Source of the DNA: Alphaproteobacteria bacterium
GTDB lineage: Bacteria > Pseudomonadota > Alphaproteobacteria > CALKHQ01
Assembly: GCA_965227515.1 (NCBI GenBank)
Contig: CBDDFZ010000001.1
Span: 3,008,001 to 3,072,000, forward strand
Direction: 5' to 3'
Length of the DNA: 64,000 nt
A program made the position numbers and the translations under genes. Below the pieces are notes generated by a model. The model was not told the DNA's origin, searched no databases, and saw nothing but the letters and a program-made list of their open reading frames with translations. This document shows positions 20,301-30,974 of this stretch, piece after piece; the stretch's first letter is position 1, and each line of letters begins with the position of its first letter.

Positions 20301-22284
20301 GGTGCTGCCCGAGCTACAAATCCGCCACCTGCTGATCGCCAACCGTGGCGAGATCGCCTGCCGTATCGCGCGGACGGCGCGGGCAATGGGCGTGCGCACG
20401 ACGGCGATCCACTCCGACGCCGACAGCCGGGCACAGCATATGCGTGCCTGCGATGCGGCGATCTCCTTCGGCGGCACAGCGCCGGCGGAAAGCTATCTCG
20501 ATCAGGCCAAGGTGCTGGCGGCGGCACGCTCGGCCGGCGCCGATGCGATCCACCCCGGCTACGGCTTCCTGGCCGAGAATCCCGATTTCGCGGCGGCCTG
20601 CGCCGACGCCGGCATCGTTTTCGTCGGCCCGTCGCCCGCTTCGATGCGGCAACTGGCCGAGAAGGGGGAGGCGCGGCGCATCGCGGCGGCGGCCGGGGTG
20701 CCGGTGCTGGAGGGCTATGATGGCGACGACCAGTCCGACGCCGCGCTTGCCGAGGCGGCAGGCCGGATCGGCTATCCGCTGCTGATCAAGGCGACCGCCG
20801 GCGGTGGCGGGCGCGGCCATCGCGTGGTCGCGGTGCCGGCGGCGCTCGACGAGGCGCTGGCGGCCGCGCGGCGCGAAGCCAAGGCTGCGTTCGGCGACGA
20901 CCGGCTGCTGCTGGAGCGCCTGGTCAGGCCGGCCCGCCACATCGAGGTGCAGGTGGTCGGCGACAGCCACGGCAATGTCGTTCATCTGTTCGACCGCGAC
21001 TGCTCGGTGCAGCGCCGGCACCAGAAGCTGGTGGAGGAGGCGCCGGCCCCCAACCTGCCCGACGAGGTGCGCGCGGCCATGGCCGACGCAGCGGTCACCC
21101 TCGCCAAGGCGGTCGATTATGTCGGCGCCGGCACGGTGGAATTCCTGCTCGGTGAGGACGGCGCGTTCCACTTCATCGAGATGAACGCGCGCCTGCAGGT
21201 CGAACACACGGTGTCCGAGATGGTCACGGGCTTCGACCTGGTCGCGTGGCAACTCGCCATCGCGGGCGGCGCGCCGTTGCCCTGTGGCCAGGACGAGATT
21301 GTCCGGGCGGGCCACGCCATCCAGGTGCGGCTGAACGCGGAGGACCCGGCGCGCGATTTTCTGCCGGCGCCGGGGCCGATCGACGTGTTGCGCTGGCCAG
21401 CCACACAGACCGGGCTGCGGATCGATGCTGGCTATTGCGCGGGCGACACGGTTCCCCGTGCGTACGACTCCCTCGTCGCCAAGATGATCGCCCATGCCCA
21501 GGACCGCGCGGCGGCCATCGCGCTGATGGAGCGCGCGCTTGGCGGCACGCTGATCGGCCCATTGCCCACCACGGCGGCGTTCGCCCGCGCGGTACTGCGG
21601 ACGCCCGAGTTTGTCGATGGGGCCGTGGCTGTCGACATGATCGACACTGGCCAACTCGCCTGGGCGCCAGAAGGCCTCCCCGCACGGGCCGCCGCGCTCG
21701 CCGCCTGTGCTTGGCTCAACGACCCGGCGCCTGCCGAGACGCCCTGGCACCGGCGTGACGGGTGGCGACCGGCTGGGCGCGGGCGCGCGTACTTCACCAT
21801 GACGGTGGGCGGCACGCCCGTCGACCTGGCGGTGGCGTTTGCCGACGACGGCTATCGGGTCACCGTTGCGGACGAAGTTGTCGCCGTTCGTGTGCTGTCG
21901 TCCGACGATGCAACGCTGTGTGTCGCCCTGGACGGCGAAACCGTAGCCGCGCCGATCCAGCGCGACGGGCGCCATTGCTGGGTCGGCATCGACGGCCAGA
22001 CCTTCCATGTCGATCTGTTCGCCGACATCGAGGCAGGTGTGGCGTCTTCGGCAACCGACGGCACCTTGCGCGCGCCCTTGCCCGGCACGGTCATCGCGGT
22101 CCATGGCGCCGCCGGCGATGCGGTGGCCGGGGGCGATCCGCTGGTAGTGATGGAAGCGATGAAGATGGAGCACACCCTGCGCGCGCCGTTCCCAGGCGTT
22201 GTCGCCACGCTGGCGGTGGCGGCCGGCGACCAGGTGGCTTTGGGCGACGTGTTGGCGGTGGTGGAGGCGGCCGATGATGCTTAG
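20293..22284 (+). CDS. liuD: 3-methylcrotonyl-CoA carboxylase alpha subunit (biotin carboxylase + biotin carrier)
   Basis: LLIANRGEIACR, IHPGYGFLAEN, RDCSVQRRHQK, EMNARLQVEH and the biotinylation motif EAMKME. Confidence 0.93.
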   Translation: MPEVLPELQIRHLLIANRGEIACRIARTARAMGVRTTAIHSDADSRAQHMRACDAAISFGGTAPAESYLDQAKVLAAARSAGADAIHPGYGFLAENPDFAAACADAGIVFVGPSPASMRQLAEKGEARRIAAAAGVPVLEGYDGDDQSDAALAEAAGRIGYPLLIKATAGGGGRGHRVVAVPAALDEALAAARREAKAAFGDDRLLLERLVRPARHIEVQVVGDSHGNVVHLFDRDCSVQRRHQKLVEEAPAPNLPDEVRAAMADAAVTLAKAVDYVGAGTVEFLLGEDGAFHFIEMNARLQVEHTVSEMVTGFDLVAWQLAIAGGAPLPCGQDEIVRAGHAIQVRLNAEDPARDFLPAPGPIDVLRWPATQTGLRIDAGYCAGDTVPRAYDSLVAKMIAHAQDRAAAIALMERALGGTLIGPLPTTAAFARAVLRTPEFVDGAVAVDMIDTGQLAWAPEGLPARAAALAACAWLNDPAPAETPWHRRDGWRPAGRGRAYFTMTVGGTPVDLAVAFADDGYRVTVADEVVAVRVLSSDDATLCVALDGETVAAPIQRDGRHCWVGIDGQTFHVDLFADIEAGVASSATDGTLRAPLPGTVIAVHGAAGDAVAGGDPLVVMEAMKMEHTLRAPFPGVVATLAVAAGDQVALGDVLAVVEAADDA

Positions 22285-22294
22285 CGCGGGGCCT

Positions 22295-22375
22295 GTAGCC
22301 TGGGTGGAGCGAAGCGGAACCCGGGATTGCAGGTCTCGTTTGTCCCCGGGTTTCGTTTCACGCCACCCGGGCTAC
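22295..22375. repeat. GTAG-type REP doublet (REPIN-like)
   Basis: GTAGCCTGGGTGGAGCGAAGCGGAACCCGGG ... CCCGGG...CCACCCGGGCTAC. A related copy is at 47004-47059. Confidence 0.8.
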
Positions 22376-22389
22376 GCCTGTCGGTGGAC

Positions 22390-22824
22390 ATGACCAACCT
22401 GGTGAAACTGTGCGTCGGGGCGGAGAGCGTCGACGACCTGCGCCGGTCGGTGGCCCAACGGGCGCGCCGCGCCGCCGCCGAGGGCCTGCCGCGCGACTAC
22501 CCCCACGTCACCCGCAGCCGCCCGCGGCTGGCCGACGACATCATCGCCGGCAAGGGCTCGCTCTACTGGGTGGTCAAGGGCAGCATCGCCTGCCGCCAGC
22601 GCATCCTGTCGTTGACCCAGGTCGAGGACGAGGACGGCCGCCCGAAGTGCCGCATCGGCATGGCGCTGGAGGTGGTGGCGACCCGGCTCTACCCCATGCG
22701 CCCGTTCCAGGGCTGGCGCTACCTGCCCGACGACAAGTGCCCGCCGGATGCCTCCCAAGCCGACGTGGAGGACGCGATGCCGCCGGAGATGTCGGAAGAG
22801 CTGCGCCGATTGGGCCTGTTGTAA
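22390..22824 (+). CDS. DUF1489 family protein
   Basis: NLVKLCVGAESVDDL, GSLYWVVKG, RPFQGWRYL and the C-terminal ELRRLGLL. Confidence 0.85.
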   Translation: MTNLVKLCVGAESVDDLRRSVAQRARRAAAEGLPRDYPHVTRSRPRLADDIIAGKGSLYWVVKGSIACRQRILSLTQVEDEDGRPKCRIGMALEVVATRLYPMRPFQGWRYLPDDKCPPDASQADVEDAMPPEMSEELRRLGLL

Positions 22825-22854
22825 GAGCCGCCGCCACCGTAACCTGAAAGCACC

Positions 22855-25800
22855 ATGAGCGATTATGTCCTGAGGTCCGGCGACGACCGCCTGAAGGCCA
22901 GCGACAGCCGGTCAGCTTTGCGCGCCGCCCATCGCTGCCCGGAGGACGAGGCGGCGGCGGGGCTGCTCGGCCGGCTCGACCTCTCGGTGAAGGATCGACA
23001 GGCCATTGCCCGGCGGGCCACCGAACTGGTGCAGGCGGTGCGGGCCGAGCGCAGCCGTTTCGGCGGGCTCGACGCCTTCTTGCAGGAGTTCGGCCTCGAC
23101 ACCGCTGAGGGCGTGGTCCTGATGTGCCTGGCGGAATCCCTGCTGCGGGTGCCCGACGCCGGCACCGTCGACGAGCTGATCCGGGACAAGCTGGCCGACG
23201 GCGACTGGGCGCGGCATGTCGGCAAGAGCCCGTCCGCCCTGGTCAACGCCTCGTCCTGGGCACTGATGCTGAGCGGTCGGCTGCTGCGCGAGGACGAGCC
23301 CGACACCGGCGAACTGAGCCGCGCCATGCGCCGTCTGCTGCAACGCTCCGGCGAGCCGGTGATCCGCCAGGCGATGGTGCAGGCCATGCGCATCATGGGC
23401 CGGCACTTCGTGTTAGGCGAGACCATCGGCGCGGCGCTGAAGGAGGCGCGCGACGACGAGAAGCGCGGCTATCGCTATTCCTACGACATGCTCGGCGAGG
23501 CGGCGATGACCATGGCCGACGCCGACCGCTATCTGGCCTCCTACGCCGACGCCATCGCGCACATCGGCAAGGCGTCGAAGGGGCGCGGCCCCATCGACGG
23601 GCCCGGCGTCTCGGTGAAGCTGTCGGCGCTGCACCCGCGCTATGAGGAGGCGCAGGCCGACCGGGTGCACGCCGAGCTCTATCCCCGGCTGATGCAGCTT
23701 TGCGAGGCGGCAAGGGCGGCCGATATCGGTCTCTGCGTCGATGCGGAGGAAGCCGACCGGCTGGAGATCTCGCTCGACCTCATCGCACGCGCCGCCGCCG
23801 AGCCGTCGCTGAAGGGCTGGGCGGGCTTCGGGCTCGCCGTCCAGGCCTACCAGAAGCGCGCCATCCACGTCATCGACTGGCTGGCCGAGCTGTCGCGGTC
23901 CACTGGCCGGCGGCTGATGGTCCGCCTGGTCAAGGGCGCCTATTGGGACACCGAGATCAAGCACGCCCAGGTCGAGGGGCTGAGCGGTTATCCGGTGTTC
24001 ACCCGCAAGCGCACCACCGATGTGTCGTGGCTGACCTGCGCCCAGACCATGCTGGCCGAGGACGATGCGTTCTATCCGCAGTTCGCCACCCACAACGCGC
24101 ATTCCGTCGCCGCGATCCTGACCATGGCGAAGGCGCGCGGCACTGCCGCGTTCGAGTTCCAGCGCCTGCATGGCATGGGCGAGGGGCTCTATGAGGCGGT
24201 GACAGAACGCGGCCCGGAGGACGAGCGCGTGCCTTGCCGCATCTACGCGCCGGTGGGCGGCCACCGCGAGCTGCTGGCCTATCTCGTCCGCCGGCTGCTG
24301 GAGAACGGGGCCAATACCTCGTTCGTCAACCGGCTGGCCGATGAGGAACTGCCGATCGAGGAAGTGGTGGGAGACCCGATCCGCCGGTTGAAGGAGAGCG
24401 ACCCCGTCGCCAACCCGCAGATCGTGCGCCCGCCGCAAATCTTCGGCGACGAGCGAACGAACTCGGCGGGCACCGACCTTGCCGGCCGCGATACGTTGCG
24501 CGCGCTGACCGACGCAATGGCCAAGCATGATGGCGGCTGGCACGCCGCACCGACAATCGAGGGCGTTACCGGCGACGCACGCGACGTGGTCGGGCCGGCC
24601 GACACCACTCGGGTCATCGGCAGCGTCATCGAGGCGACTGCCGATGCCGTGCCTGCGGCCATGGAAACCGCGACGGCCGGTTACCATGCCTGGAACGCGG
24701 CAACCGCCGAGCACCGCGCCGACTGCCTGGAGCGCGCCGCCGACCTCTACGAGGCGGAGACCGCGCGGCTGATGGCGATGTGCGTGCGTGAGGGCGGCAA
24801 GACCCTGCCCGACGCCGTCGCCGAGGTTCGCGAGGCGGTCGACTTCCTGCGCTACTACGCCGCCCAGGCCAGGCGGGAATTCGGCGCTGCGACCGTGCTG
24901 CCCGGCCCGACCGGCGAGACCAACACCTGGCGGCTCAGCGGGCGCGGTGTCTTCGTTTGCATCAGCCCGTGGAACTTCCCGCTGGCGATCTTCACCGGCC
25001 AGGTCGCGGCGGGGCTCGCCGCCGGCAACGCGGTGATCGCCAAGCCGGCCGAGCAGACCCCGCTGATCGCCGCCGCCGCCGTCGACCTGCTGCACAAGGC
25101 TGGCGTGCCGCGCGACGCGCTGATCCTGATGCCGGGGCAGGGCGCCGAGGTCGGCGCCGCATTGACCGCGCACGAGGGCATTGCCGGCGTGGCCTTCACC
25201 GGCTCGACCGAGACCGCGCGCGCGATCAACCGCACGCTGGCCGCACGCGACGGCCCCATCGTGCCGCTGATCGCGGAGACCGGCGGGCTCAACTGCATGA
25301 TCGTCGATTCAACTGCGCTGCCGGAGCAGGTGACGCGCGACGTGGTCACGTCGGCGTTCCGCAGCGCCGGCCAGCGCTGTTCGGCCCTGCGCGCGCTGTT
25401 CGTGCAGGCCGACGTGGCCGACCGCATGACCGCGATGATCGCGGGCGGGCTGGAGGAACTGGCGGTCGGCGATCCGGCATTCCTGGACACCGATGTCGGC
25501 CCGGTCATCGACGACGATGCTCATGCCATGCTCACCGCACATGCCGGGGCGATGCAGCGGATCGCCGCGCGAAGCTGGCAGTGTGCGCGCCTGACCGCCG
25601 ACGCCGAAGGGCGGTTCTTCATGCCGCGCGCGTTCGAGATCGAGCGGCTGGACCAGATCGGCGGCGAGAAGTTCGGCCCGATCCTGCACATCATCCGCTT
25701 TGCCGGCGACCGGCTGGATCAGGTGCTGGAACAGGTGCGCGCGACCGGCTTCGGGCTGACCTTCGGCCTGCACAGCCGTATCGACGAGCGTGCGGAGGAC

Positions 25801-26022
25801 ATCGCCGCCGCCCTGCCGGTGGGCAACATCTACGTCAATCGGTCGATGATCGGCGCCGTCGTGGGCGTGCAGCCATTCGGTGGCGAGGGGTTGTCGGGCA
25901 CCGGGCCAAAGGCCGGCGGCCCGCACTATCTGCACCGCTTCGCCACCGAGCGGGTGGTCAGTGTCGACACTACCGCGTCCGGCGGCAATGCCACCCTGCT
26001 GGCGATGGGCAGCGAGGGGTAG
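22855..26022 (+). CDS. putA: Bifunctional proline dehydrogenase / P5C dehydrogenase
   Basis: YSYDMLGEAA, VKLSALHPRY, VRLVKGAYWD, FATHNA, RRLLENGANTSF, ISPWNFPLAIF, SAGQRCSA and GPKAGGPHYL motifs. Confidence 0.97.
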   Translation: MSDYVLRSGDDRLKASDSRSALRAAHRCPEDEAAAGLLGRLDLSVKDRQAIARRATELVQAVRAERSRFGGLDAFLQEFGLDTAEGVVLMCLAESLLRVPDAGTVDELIRDKLADGDWARHVGKSPSALVNASSWALMLSGRLLREDEPDTGELSRAMRRLLQRSGEPVIRQAMVQAMRIMGRHFVLGETIGAALKEARDDEKRGYRYSYDMLGEAAMTMADADRYLASYADAIAHIGKASKGRGPIDGPGVSVKLSALHPRYEEAQADRVHAELYPRLMQLCEAARAADIGLCVDAEEADRLEISLDLIARAAAEPSLKGWAGFGLAVQAYQKRAIHVIDWLAELSRSTGRRLMVRLVKGAYWDTEIKHAQVEGLSGYPVFTRKRTTDVSWLTCAQTMLAEDDAFYPQFATHNAHSVAAILTMAKARGTAAFEFQRLHGMGEGLYEAVTERGPEDERVPCRIYAPVGGHRELLAYLVRRLLENGANTSFVNRLADEELPIEEVVGDPIRRLKESDPVANPQIVRPPQIFGDERTNSAGTDLAGRDTLRALTDAMAKHDGGWHAAPTIEGVTGDARDVVGPADTTRVIGSVIEATADAVPAAMETATAGYHAWNAATAEHRADCLERAADLYEAETARLMAMCVREGGKTLPDAVAEVREAVDFLRYYAAQARREFGAATVLPGPTGETNTWRLSGRGVFVCISPWNFPLAIFTGQVAAGLAAGNAVIAKPAEQTPLIAAAAVDLLHKAGVPRDALILMPGQGAEVGAALTAHEGIAGVAFTGSTETARAINRTLAARDGPIVPLIAETGGLNCMIVDSTALPEQVTRDVVTSAFRSAGQRCSALRALFVQADVADRMTAMIAGGLEELAVGDPAFLDTDVGPVIDDDAHAMLTAHAGAMQRIAARSWQCARLTADAEGRFFMPRAFEIERLDQIGGEKFGPILHIIRFAGDRLDQVLEQVRATGFGLTFGLHSRIDERAEDIAAALPVGNIYVNRSMIGAVVGVQPFGGEGLSGTGPKAGGPHYLHRFATERVVSVDTTASGGNATLLAMGSEG

Positions 26023-26067
26023 GGTCGCCTCGGTCCGCCCAACAACTCATTATTCAATGAGTACCGA

Positions 26068-26215
26068 ATTGCCCTCACCCTCCCGCAATCCTTCGGATTG
26101 CGGGGCCCTCCCTCTCCCAGGGGGAGAGGGTGTCGCGGCAATGCTGTCAATACCCTCTCCCTTTGGGAGAGGGAGGGACCCGGCCGGCTCAGCCGGACGG
26201 GAGGGTGAGGGCAAT
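26068..26215. repeat. Palindromic MITE/REP-like element (CCCTCACCC / CCCTCTCCC type)
   Basis: 18-bp terminal inverted repeat ATTGCCCTCACCCTCCCG / CGGGAGGGTGAGGGCAAT with internal CCCTCTCCC...GGGAGAGGG hairpins, between convergent genes. Confidence 0.8.
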
Positions 26216-26652
26216 CACCGCACCTTGGCGATGGTGTAGGTCGCCATCAGCTGCTCGCCGTAATAGGTCTCCAGGGTCGCCACGTTGTTGCTTACGGTGA
26301 GCACGCGGAAGAACGTGACCGGCAGCTGGCCGGTCGCAAAGGAGGTGACCTTCAGGTCGAAGCCCCAGGCCGTCTGCTCGCCCAGAACCTCGTAGGTCAG
26401 CGACCGCTCGCCCAACTCGACCACCACGTTGGCGTCGCCGAACACGATGCGGTCGGCGGCGGAGACATCGCTGACGCCGAGCGATTGCATCAGCGCGCGG
26501 GCGGACTCCACCGTCGCCGGGTCGATGCTGCCGTCGGCGATGATCCAGGTGCCGTCGGGGTGGGTCGACTGGGCGAGGGCGGGCTGCGGTGCGGCAATGG
26601 CGAGCCAGAGGCCGCCCAAGGCAATCAGCAGGGCTGAGAAACGTGGGCGCAT
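26215..26652 (-). CDS. Secreted hypothetical protein
   Basis: 145 aa with a signal peptide ending PALA-Q and a beta-rich mature part. Confidence 0.7.
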   Translation of the reverse strand: MRPRFSALLIALGGLWLAIAAPQPALAQSTHPDGTWIIADGSIDPATVESARALMQSLGVSDVSAADRIVFGDANVVVELGERSLTYEVLGEQTAWGFDLKVTSFATGQLPVTFFRVLTVSNNVATLETYYGEQLMATYTIAKVR

Positions 26653-26705
26653 GGCCCGATATATGCCGCAGCCGGCGGCGGAAAGTCCACCTGTGCGAGG
26701 CGCGA

Positions 26706-27755
26706 TTACGCTGCCAGACGCTGCTCGGCCAGTTGGTCGGCGGCGTCGGCGGTGGTCTCGTCGCGGTCGCGCGCGGCGGCGAAGATCTCCAGCAGCGTGT
26801 CGTGAATGTCGGCGACCTGGCGCAGCGCCGCCCCACGATCATAGGGCTTGCCGGTGTGCCACGGCTCGTGCGCGATGTTGATGATGCCGCCGGCGTTGAT
26901 CACGTAGTCCGGGGCGTAGAGGATGCCGCGCCTGGCCAACTCGGCGCCGTGGCGCGCCTCGGAAAGCTGGTTGTTGGCGGAGCCGGCGACCACGGTTGCG
27001 CGGATCTCGTCGACCGTGGTGTCGTTGATCACCGCACCCAGGGCGCAGGGCGCATAGACGTCGACATCGGCGGCATGGATGCGATCGGCCGAGGTCGTGC
27101 GCGCGCCGAAGCTTGAAACGGCCTGGGAGACCGCGTCGGGGTTGATGTCGGCGACCGTCAGGTCGGCGCCGTCCTCGGCCAGATAGCCGCACAGATTGCG
27201 GCCGACATTGCCCAGGCCCTGCACCGCGACCCGCACGCCGTCCAGGCTGTTGCGGCGCTGGCGGAAGGCGACCGCGGCGCGAATGCCCATGTAGACGCCA
27301 TAGGCGGTGGCGGGCGAGGGATCGCCGCCTTGGCCGGGCAAGCCGGCGACGTGGCTGGTGCGGGTGGCCATCTCTGTGACGTCTGCGGTGCCGACGCCCA
27401 CATCCTCGGCAACGATGTAGCGGCCGCCCAGGCGCTCCACCGCGCTGCCCATGGCGCGCATCAACTCCGGCGACTTGTCGGCCTTCGCGTTGCCGATGAT
27501 CACGGACTTGCCGCCACCGAATTTCAGGCCGGCCAGCGCGGACTTGTAAGTCATGCCCTGGCTCAGCCGCAGCGCGTCGGTCACCGCCTCCGCCTCGCTG
27601 GCGTAGGCCCACATGCGGCAACCGCCCAGTGCCGGGCCGAGCGTCGTGTCATGAATGGCGATGATCGCCTTCAACCCGGTCGCCGGGTCGTGATGGAAGG
27701 AAACGTGTTCGTGTCCGCGAAACGCGGCGTTCTCGAAGACCGACATGGACGTCAT
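26706..27755 (-). CDS. ldh: Leucine dehydrogenase (Glu/Leu/Phe/Val dehydrogenase family)
   Basis: IAIHDTTLGPALGGCRM, GMTYKS, GGGKSVI, AEDVG, VQGLGNVG, GSANNQL and PDYVINAGG motifs. Confidence 0.92.
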   Translation of the reverse strand: MTSMSVFENAAFRGHEHVSFHHDPATGLKAIIAIHDTTLGPALGGCRMWAYASEAEAVTDALRLSQGMTYKSALAGLKFGGGKSVIIGNAKADKSPELMRAMGSAVERLGGRYIVAEDVGVGTADVTEMATRTSHVAGLPGQGGDPSPATAYGVYMGIRAAVAFRQRRNSLDGVRVAVQGLGNVGRNLCGYLAEDGADLTVADINPDAVSQAVSSFGARTTSADRIHAADVDVYAPCALGAVINDTTVDEIRATVVAGSANNQLSEARHGAELARRGILYAPDYVINAGGIINIAHEPWHTGKPYDRGAALRQVADIHDTLLEIFAAARDRDETTADAADQLAEQRLAA

Positions 27756-28069
27756 CTCCTGCGCGATGTCCGACCGGTGAAGCCCGTTAGATATTGGGTT
27801 TGTCGGGTTGGCCTGCGACAGGGTTCACGCCCCATGGTCAATATTCGATAAATCCGGACGCGGAATTGTTCCGAAACGCAACAATCTGGCGTCGGTTGTG
27901 CCTGTGCCTTGCCCTTCGTTGCGGCGTTCACGGAAATTTGGTCGGGCCGAAGAGTGCGAACATTGCCCATCCGGCCATTCCCAATGCATCGGCCAGAGGT
28001 TAAGAATGGCGGCCCATTCGGCCTGGCGACGCAGCCAAGCCGCTCCACCCATCACTCGAGGTTCGCGCC

Positions 28070-29014
28070 ATGGCCGCACAGAAGATCATCATCGATTGCG
28101 ACCCCGGCCAGGACGACGCCGTCGCCCTGTTGCTGGCGTTGGCCAACCCGGATGCGCTGGAGATACTGGGCATCACAGTGGTCGGCGGCAACGTGCCGCT
28201 AGAGCTGACCTACAAGAACGCGCGCAAGGTCGTTGAGCTGTCCGGCCGGAACGACTTCCCGGTGCTGGCCGGGTGCGCCCGGCCGTTCGTGGGCAAGCTG
28301 GTGACGGCGGAGGAGGTGCACGGCGAGACCGGGCTGGACGGCACCGACCTGCCGGAGCCCGCGGCACCGCAGCCCGACACCCACGGCGTCGACTTCCTCA
28401 TCCAGACCCTGCGCGCGGCCCAGGACAACGAGATCGTGCTGGTGCCGACCGGCCCGTGCACCAACATCGCGGTGGCGCTGGCGTCCGCGCCCGACATCGC
28501 GGCCAAGATCAAGCACATCGTGCTGATGGGCGGCGCCTGCTGGGAGGGCGGCAACACCACGCCGGCCGCCGAGTTCAACGTCTATGTCGACCCGGAGGCG
28601 GCGAAGGCGGTGTTTGCCTGCGGCCGCCCGATCACGGTGCTGAGCCTGGACGTCACCCACAAGGCGCTGTCGACCAAGGCGCGGCGCGATGCCATCGCCG
28701 AGATCCCGACCCGCTCGGCCGACCAGGTCGCCAAGATGCTGGGCTTCTACAACCGGTTCGACGAGGGCAAGTACGGCAGCGACGGCGGCCCGGTGCACGA
28801 TGCCTGCTGCATCGCCTATCTGCTGAAGCCCGACCTGTTCTCGGGCAAGCAGGTGCATGTGGACGTGGAGACCGCCGGCCAGCTCACCCGCGGCATGACG
28901 GTGGTCGACTGGTGGGGCGTCACAGGCAACGCGCCGAACGCGCTGTGGCTGAACGAGGTCGACGACCAGGGCTTCTTCGACCTGATCAACGACGCGCTGG
29001 CGAAGTTGCCTTAG
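28070..29014 (+). CDS. Nucleoside hydrolase (inosine-uridine preferring family)
   Basis: IIDCDPGQDDA, VHGETGL, GNTTPAAEFN and HD motifs. Confidence 0.95.
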   Translation: MAAQKIIIDCDPGQDDAVALLLALANPDALEILGITVVGGNVPLELTYKNARKVVELSGRNDFPVLAGCARPFVGKLVTAEEVHGETGLDGTDLPEPAAPQPDTHGVDFLIQTLRAAQDNEIVLVPTGPCTNIAVALASAPDIAAKIKHIVLMGGACWEGGNTTPAAEFNVYVDPEAAKAVFACGRPITVLSLDVTHKALSTKARRDAIAEIPTRSADQVAKMLGFYNRFDEGKYGSDGGPVHDACCIAYLLKPDLFSGKQVHVDVETAGQLTRGMTVVDWWGVTGNAPNALWLNEVDDQGFFDLINDALAKLP

Positions 29015-29033
29015 GGTCTAACCATCGCTTTGC

Positions 29034-29121
29034 CGTCATGCCCGCACTTGTTGCGGGCATCCACGTCTTTGGGTCAGCCGATGACAAGTCGTGGATGGTC
29101 GGGACAAGCCCGACCATGACG
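29034..29121. repeat. CGTC-type alphaproteobacterial REP doublet
   Basis: CGTCATGCCCGCACTTGTTGCGGGCATCCACG ... CGTGGATGGTCGGGACAAGCCCGACCATGACG. A related composite copy is at 47100-47247. Confidence 0.8.
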
Positions 29122-29143
29122 TATGAGATTGGTCAAACGCCCC

Positions 29144-30055
29144 CTACTTCTCCGTCTCGACCAGGCCGCGGACGAACAGGCGCTGCATCGCCAGGATGAT
29201 GATCATCGGCGGCAGCATCGCCAGGATGGTCACGGCGGTGACCAGCGGCCACGGCGTCTCGGCGTCGCCCACATCGAGCATGCGTTTGATCGAGATGACG
29301 ATGGGGTACATGTTCTCGTCGTCGACGACGAGCAGCGGCCAGAGGTACTGGTTCCAGCCGTAGATGAACAGGATGACGAAGAGTGCCGCGATGTTGGTGC
29401 GCGCCAGCGGCAGCAGGATGTCCCAGAAGAACTTCAGCGGCCCGGCGCCGTCGATGCGCGATGCCTCGACCAGCTCGCCCGGTATCGTCATGAAGAACTG
29501 TCGGAACAGGAACGTGGCGGTGGCGGACGCGATGAGCGGCACGATCAACCCGCCCCATGTATTCACCATGTCGAGATTGGCCACGACCTCGAACGTTGGG
29601 TTGATGCGCACCTCCACCGGCAGCATCAGCGTGATGAAGATCAGCCAGAAACAGACCATCCGTCCCGGGAAGCGGAAATAGACGATGGCGAATGCAGACA
29701 GGATCGAGATCACGATCTTGCCGATGGTGATGCCCAGCGCCATGACGGTCGAGACGAACAGCATGCGCCACGCCGGCAGCCCGCCGACGGCCTCCAGTCC
29801 GTCGGAGAACACGGTGCCGTAGTTCTCCAACAGGTTGCCGCCGGGCAGTACCGGCAGCGTGCCCTGGGTCACGGCTTTGGCGTCGTGGGTCGACACCACG
29901 AACGTGATGTAGATGGGAAACAGGATGATGACGATGCCGACCGCAAGCACGGCATAGGCGACCATGATGCGGTTGCGCGCCTTGCGCGCCAGCTTGCGGC
30001 GCGGTTTGGTCGGGACGGATGTGCTCGCGGACGGGGGCACGGTCGTTGCGGTCAT
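29144..30055 (-). CDS. ugpE: sn-glycerol-3-phosphate ABC transporter permease
   Basis: ITLMLPVEVRI, ASATATFLFRQFF, EAA-like loop EASRIDGAG, WNQYLWPL and C-terminal GLVETEK. Confidence 0.9.
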   Translation of the reverse strand: MTATTVPPSASTSVPTKPRRKLARKARNRIMVAYAVLAVGIVIILFPIYITFVVSTHDAKAVTQGTLPVLPGGNLLENYGTVFSDGLEAVGGLPAWRMLFVSTVMALGITIGKIVISILSAFAIVYFRFPGRMVCFWLIFITLMLPVEVRINPTFEVVANLDMVNTWGGLIVPLIASATATFLFRQFFMTIPGELVEASRIDGAGPLKFFWDILLPLARTNIAALFVILFIYGWNQYLWPLLVVDDENMYPIVISIKRMLDVGDAETPWPLVTAVTILAMLPPMIIILAMQRLFVRGLVETEK

Positions 30056-30945
30056 CAGTAGTGCACCCGGCGTTCGATGTACTTGAACTGAATGGTGGTC
30101 AGGCCGATCACGATGATCATCAGCACCACCGACTGCGCGGCCGACCCGCCATAGTCATGTGCCTGAATGGCGTCGTACCAGACCTTGTAAACCAGCGTCT
30201 TGGTTGCACCGGGGGAACCTGGGCCGCCATCGGTGACCGCGTGGATGATGCCGAAGGTGTCGAAGAACGCGTAGACGATGTTGACCACCAGCAGGAAGAA
30301 CGTGGTCGGCGACAGCAGTGGAAACACGATCGTCCAGAACCGCTTGACCGGCCCGGCGCTGTCGATCGCCGCGGCTTCCAGCAACGAACTCGGAATGGCC
30401 TGCAGCCCCGCCAGGAAGAACAGGAAATTGTAGCTGATCTGCTTCCAGGCCGCGGCAATGATGACCAGCAGCAGGGCCTGGTCGCCGTTCACGCGGTAGT
30501 TCCAGTCGATCCCGACGCTTTCGATACCGGAAGCGACGATGCCGAAGACCGGGTGAAACAGAAACACCCAGATTGCGCCCGCGACGGCGGGTGCGACCGC
30601 GTAGGGCCAGATCAGGAGACCGCGGATGATCGACCCGCCGCGGATCAGCCTGTCCGCCATCACCGCCAGCAGCAGGGCGAAGCCCATCGCAAGGACAGTG
30701 ACCGCGATGGCGAAGACGAAGGTTGTCGTCAGGCTGTGCAGGTATTCCTGGTCGGTGAAGATATTGATGAAGTTATCGAACCAGACGAACCGCTGCTCGC
30801 CGGTGAAGGAATTGGTCACGCGAAAGGCGGACCCATAGATGGCCTGCCCGGCCGGGTAGAGAAAGAACACGGCCGTGATCGCAAGCTGGGGCAGGACCAG
30901 CAGGTAGGGCAGCGTTCTGCTGCGAAAGACGACTTGGGCTTGCAT
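30055..30945 (-). CDS. ugpA: sn-glycerol-3-phosphate ABC transporter permease
   Basis: LPYLLVLPQL, WKQISYNFLFFLAGLQ, EAAAID, SAAQSV and ERRVHY motifs. Confidence 0.9.
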   Translation of the reverse strand: MQAQVVFRSRTLPYLLVLPQLAITAVFFLYPAGQAIYGSAFRVTNSFTGEQRFVWFDNFINIFTDQEYLHSLTTTFVFAIAVTVLAMGFALLLAVMADRLIRGGSIIRGLLIWPYAVAPAVAGAIWVFLFHPVFGIVASGIESVGIDWNYRVNGDQALLLVIIAAAWKQISYNFLFFLAGLQAIPSSLLEAAAIDSAGPVKRFWTIVFPLLSPTTFFLLVVNIVYAFFDTFGIIHAVTDGGPGSPGATKTLVYKVWYDAIQAHDYGGSAAQSVVLMIIVIGLTTIQFKYIERRVHY

Positions 30946-30974
30946 GCGTCGGCAACGCTGAGATTGGGGCGGGC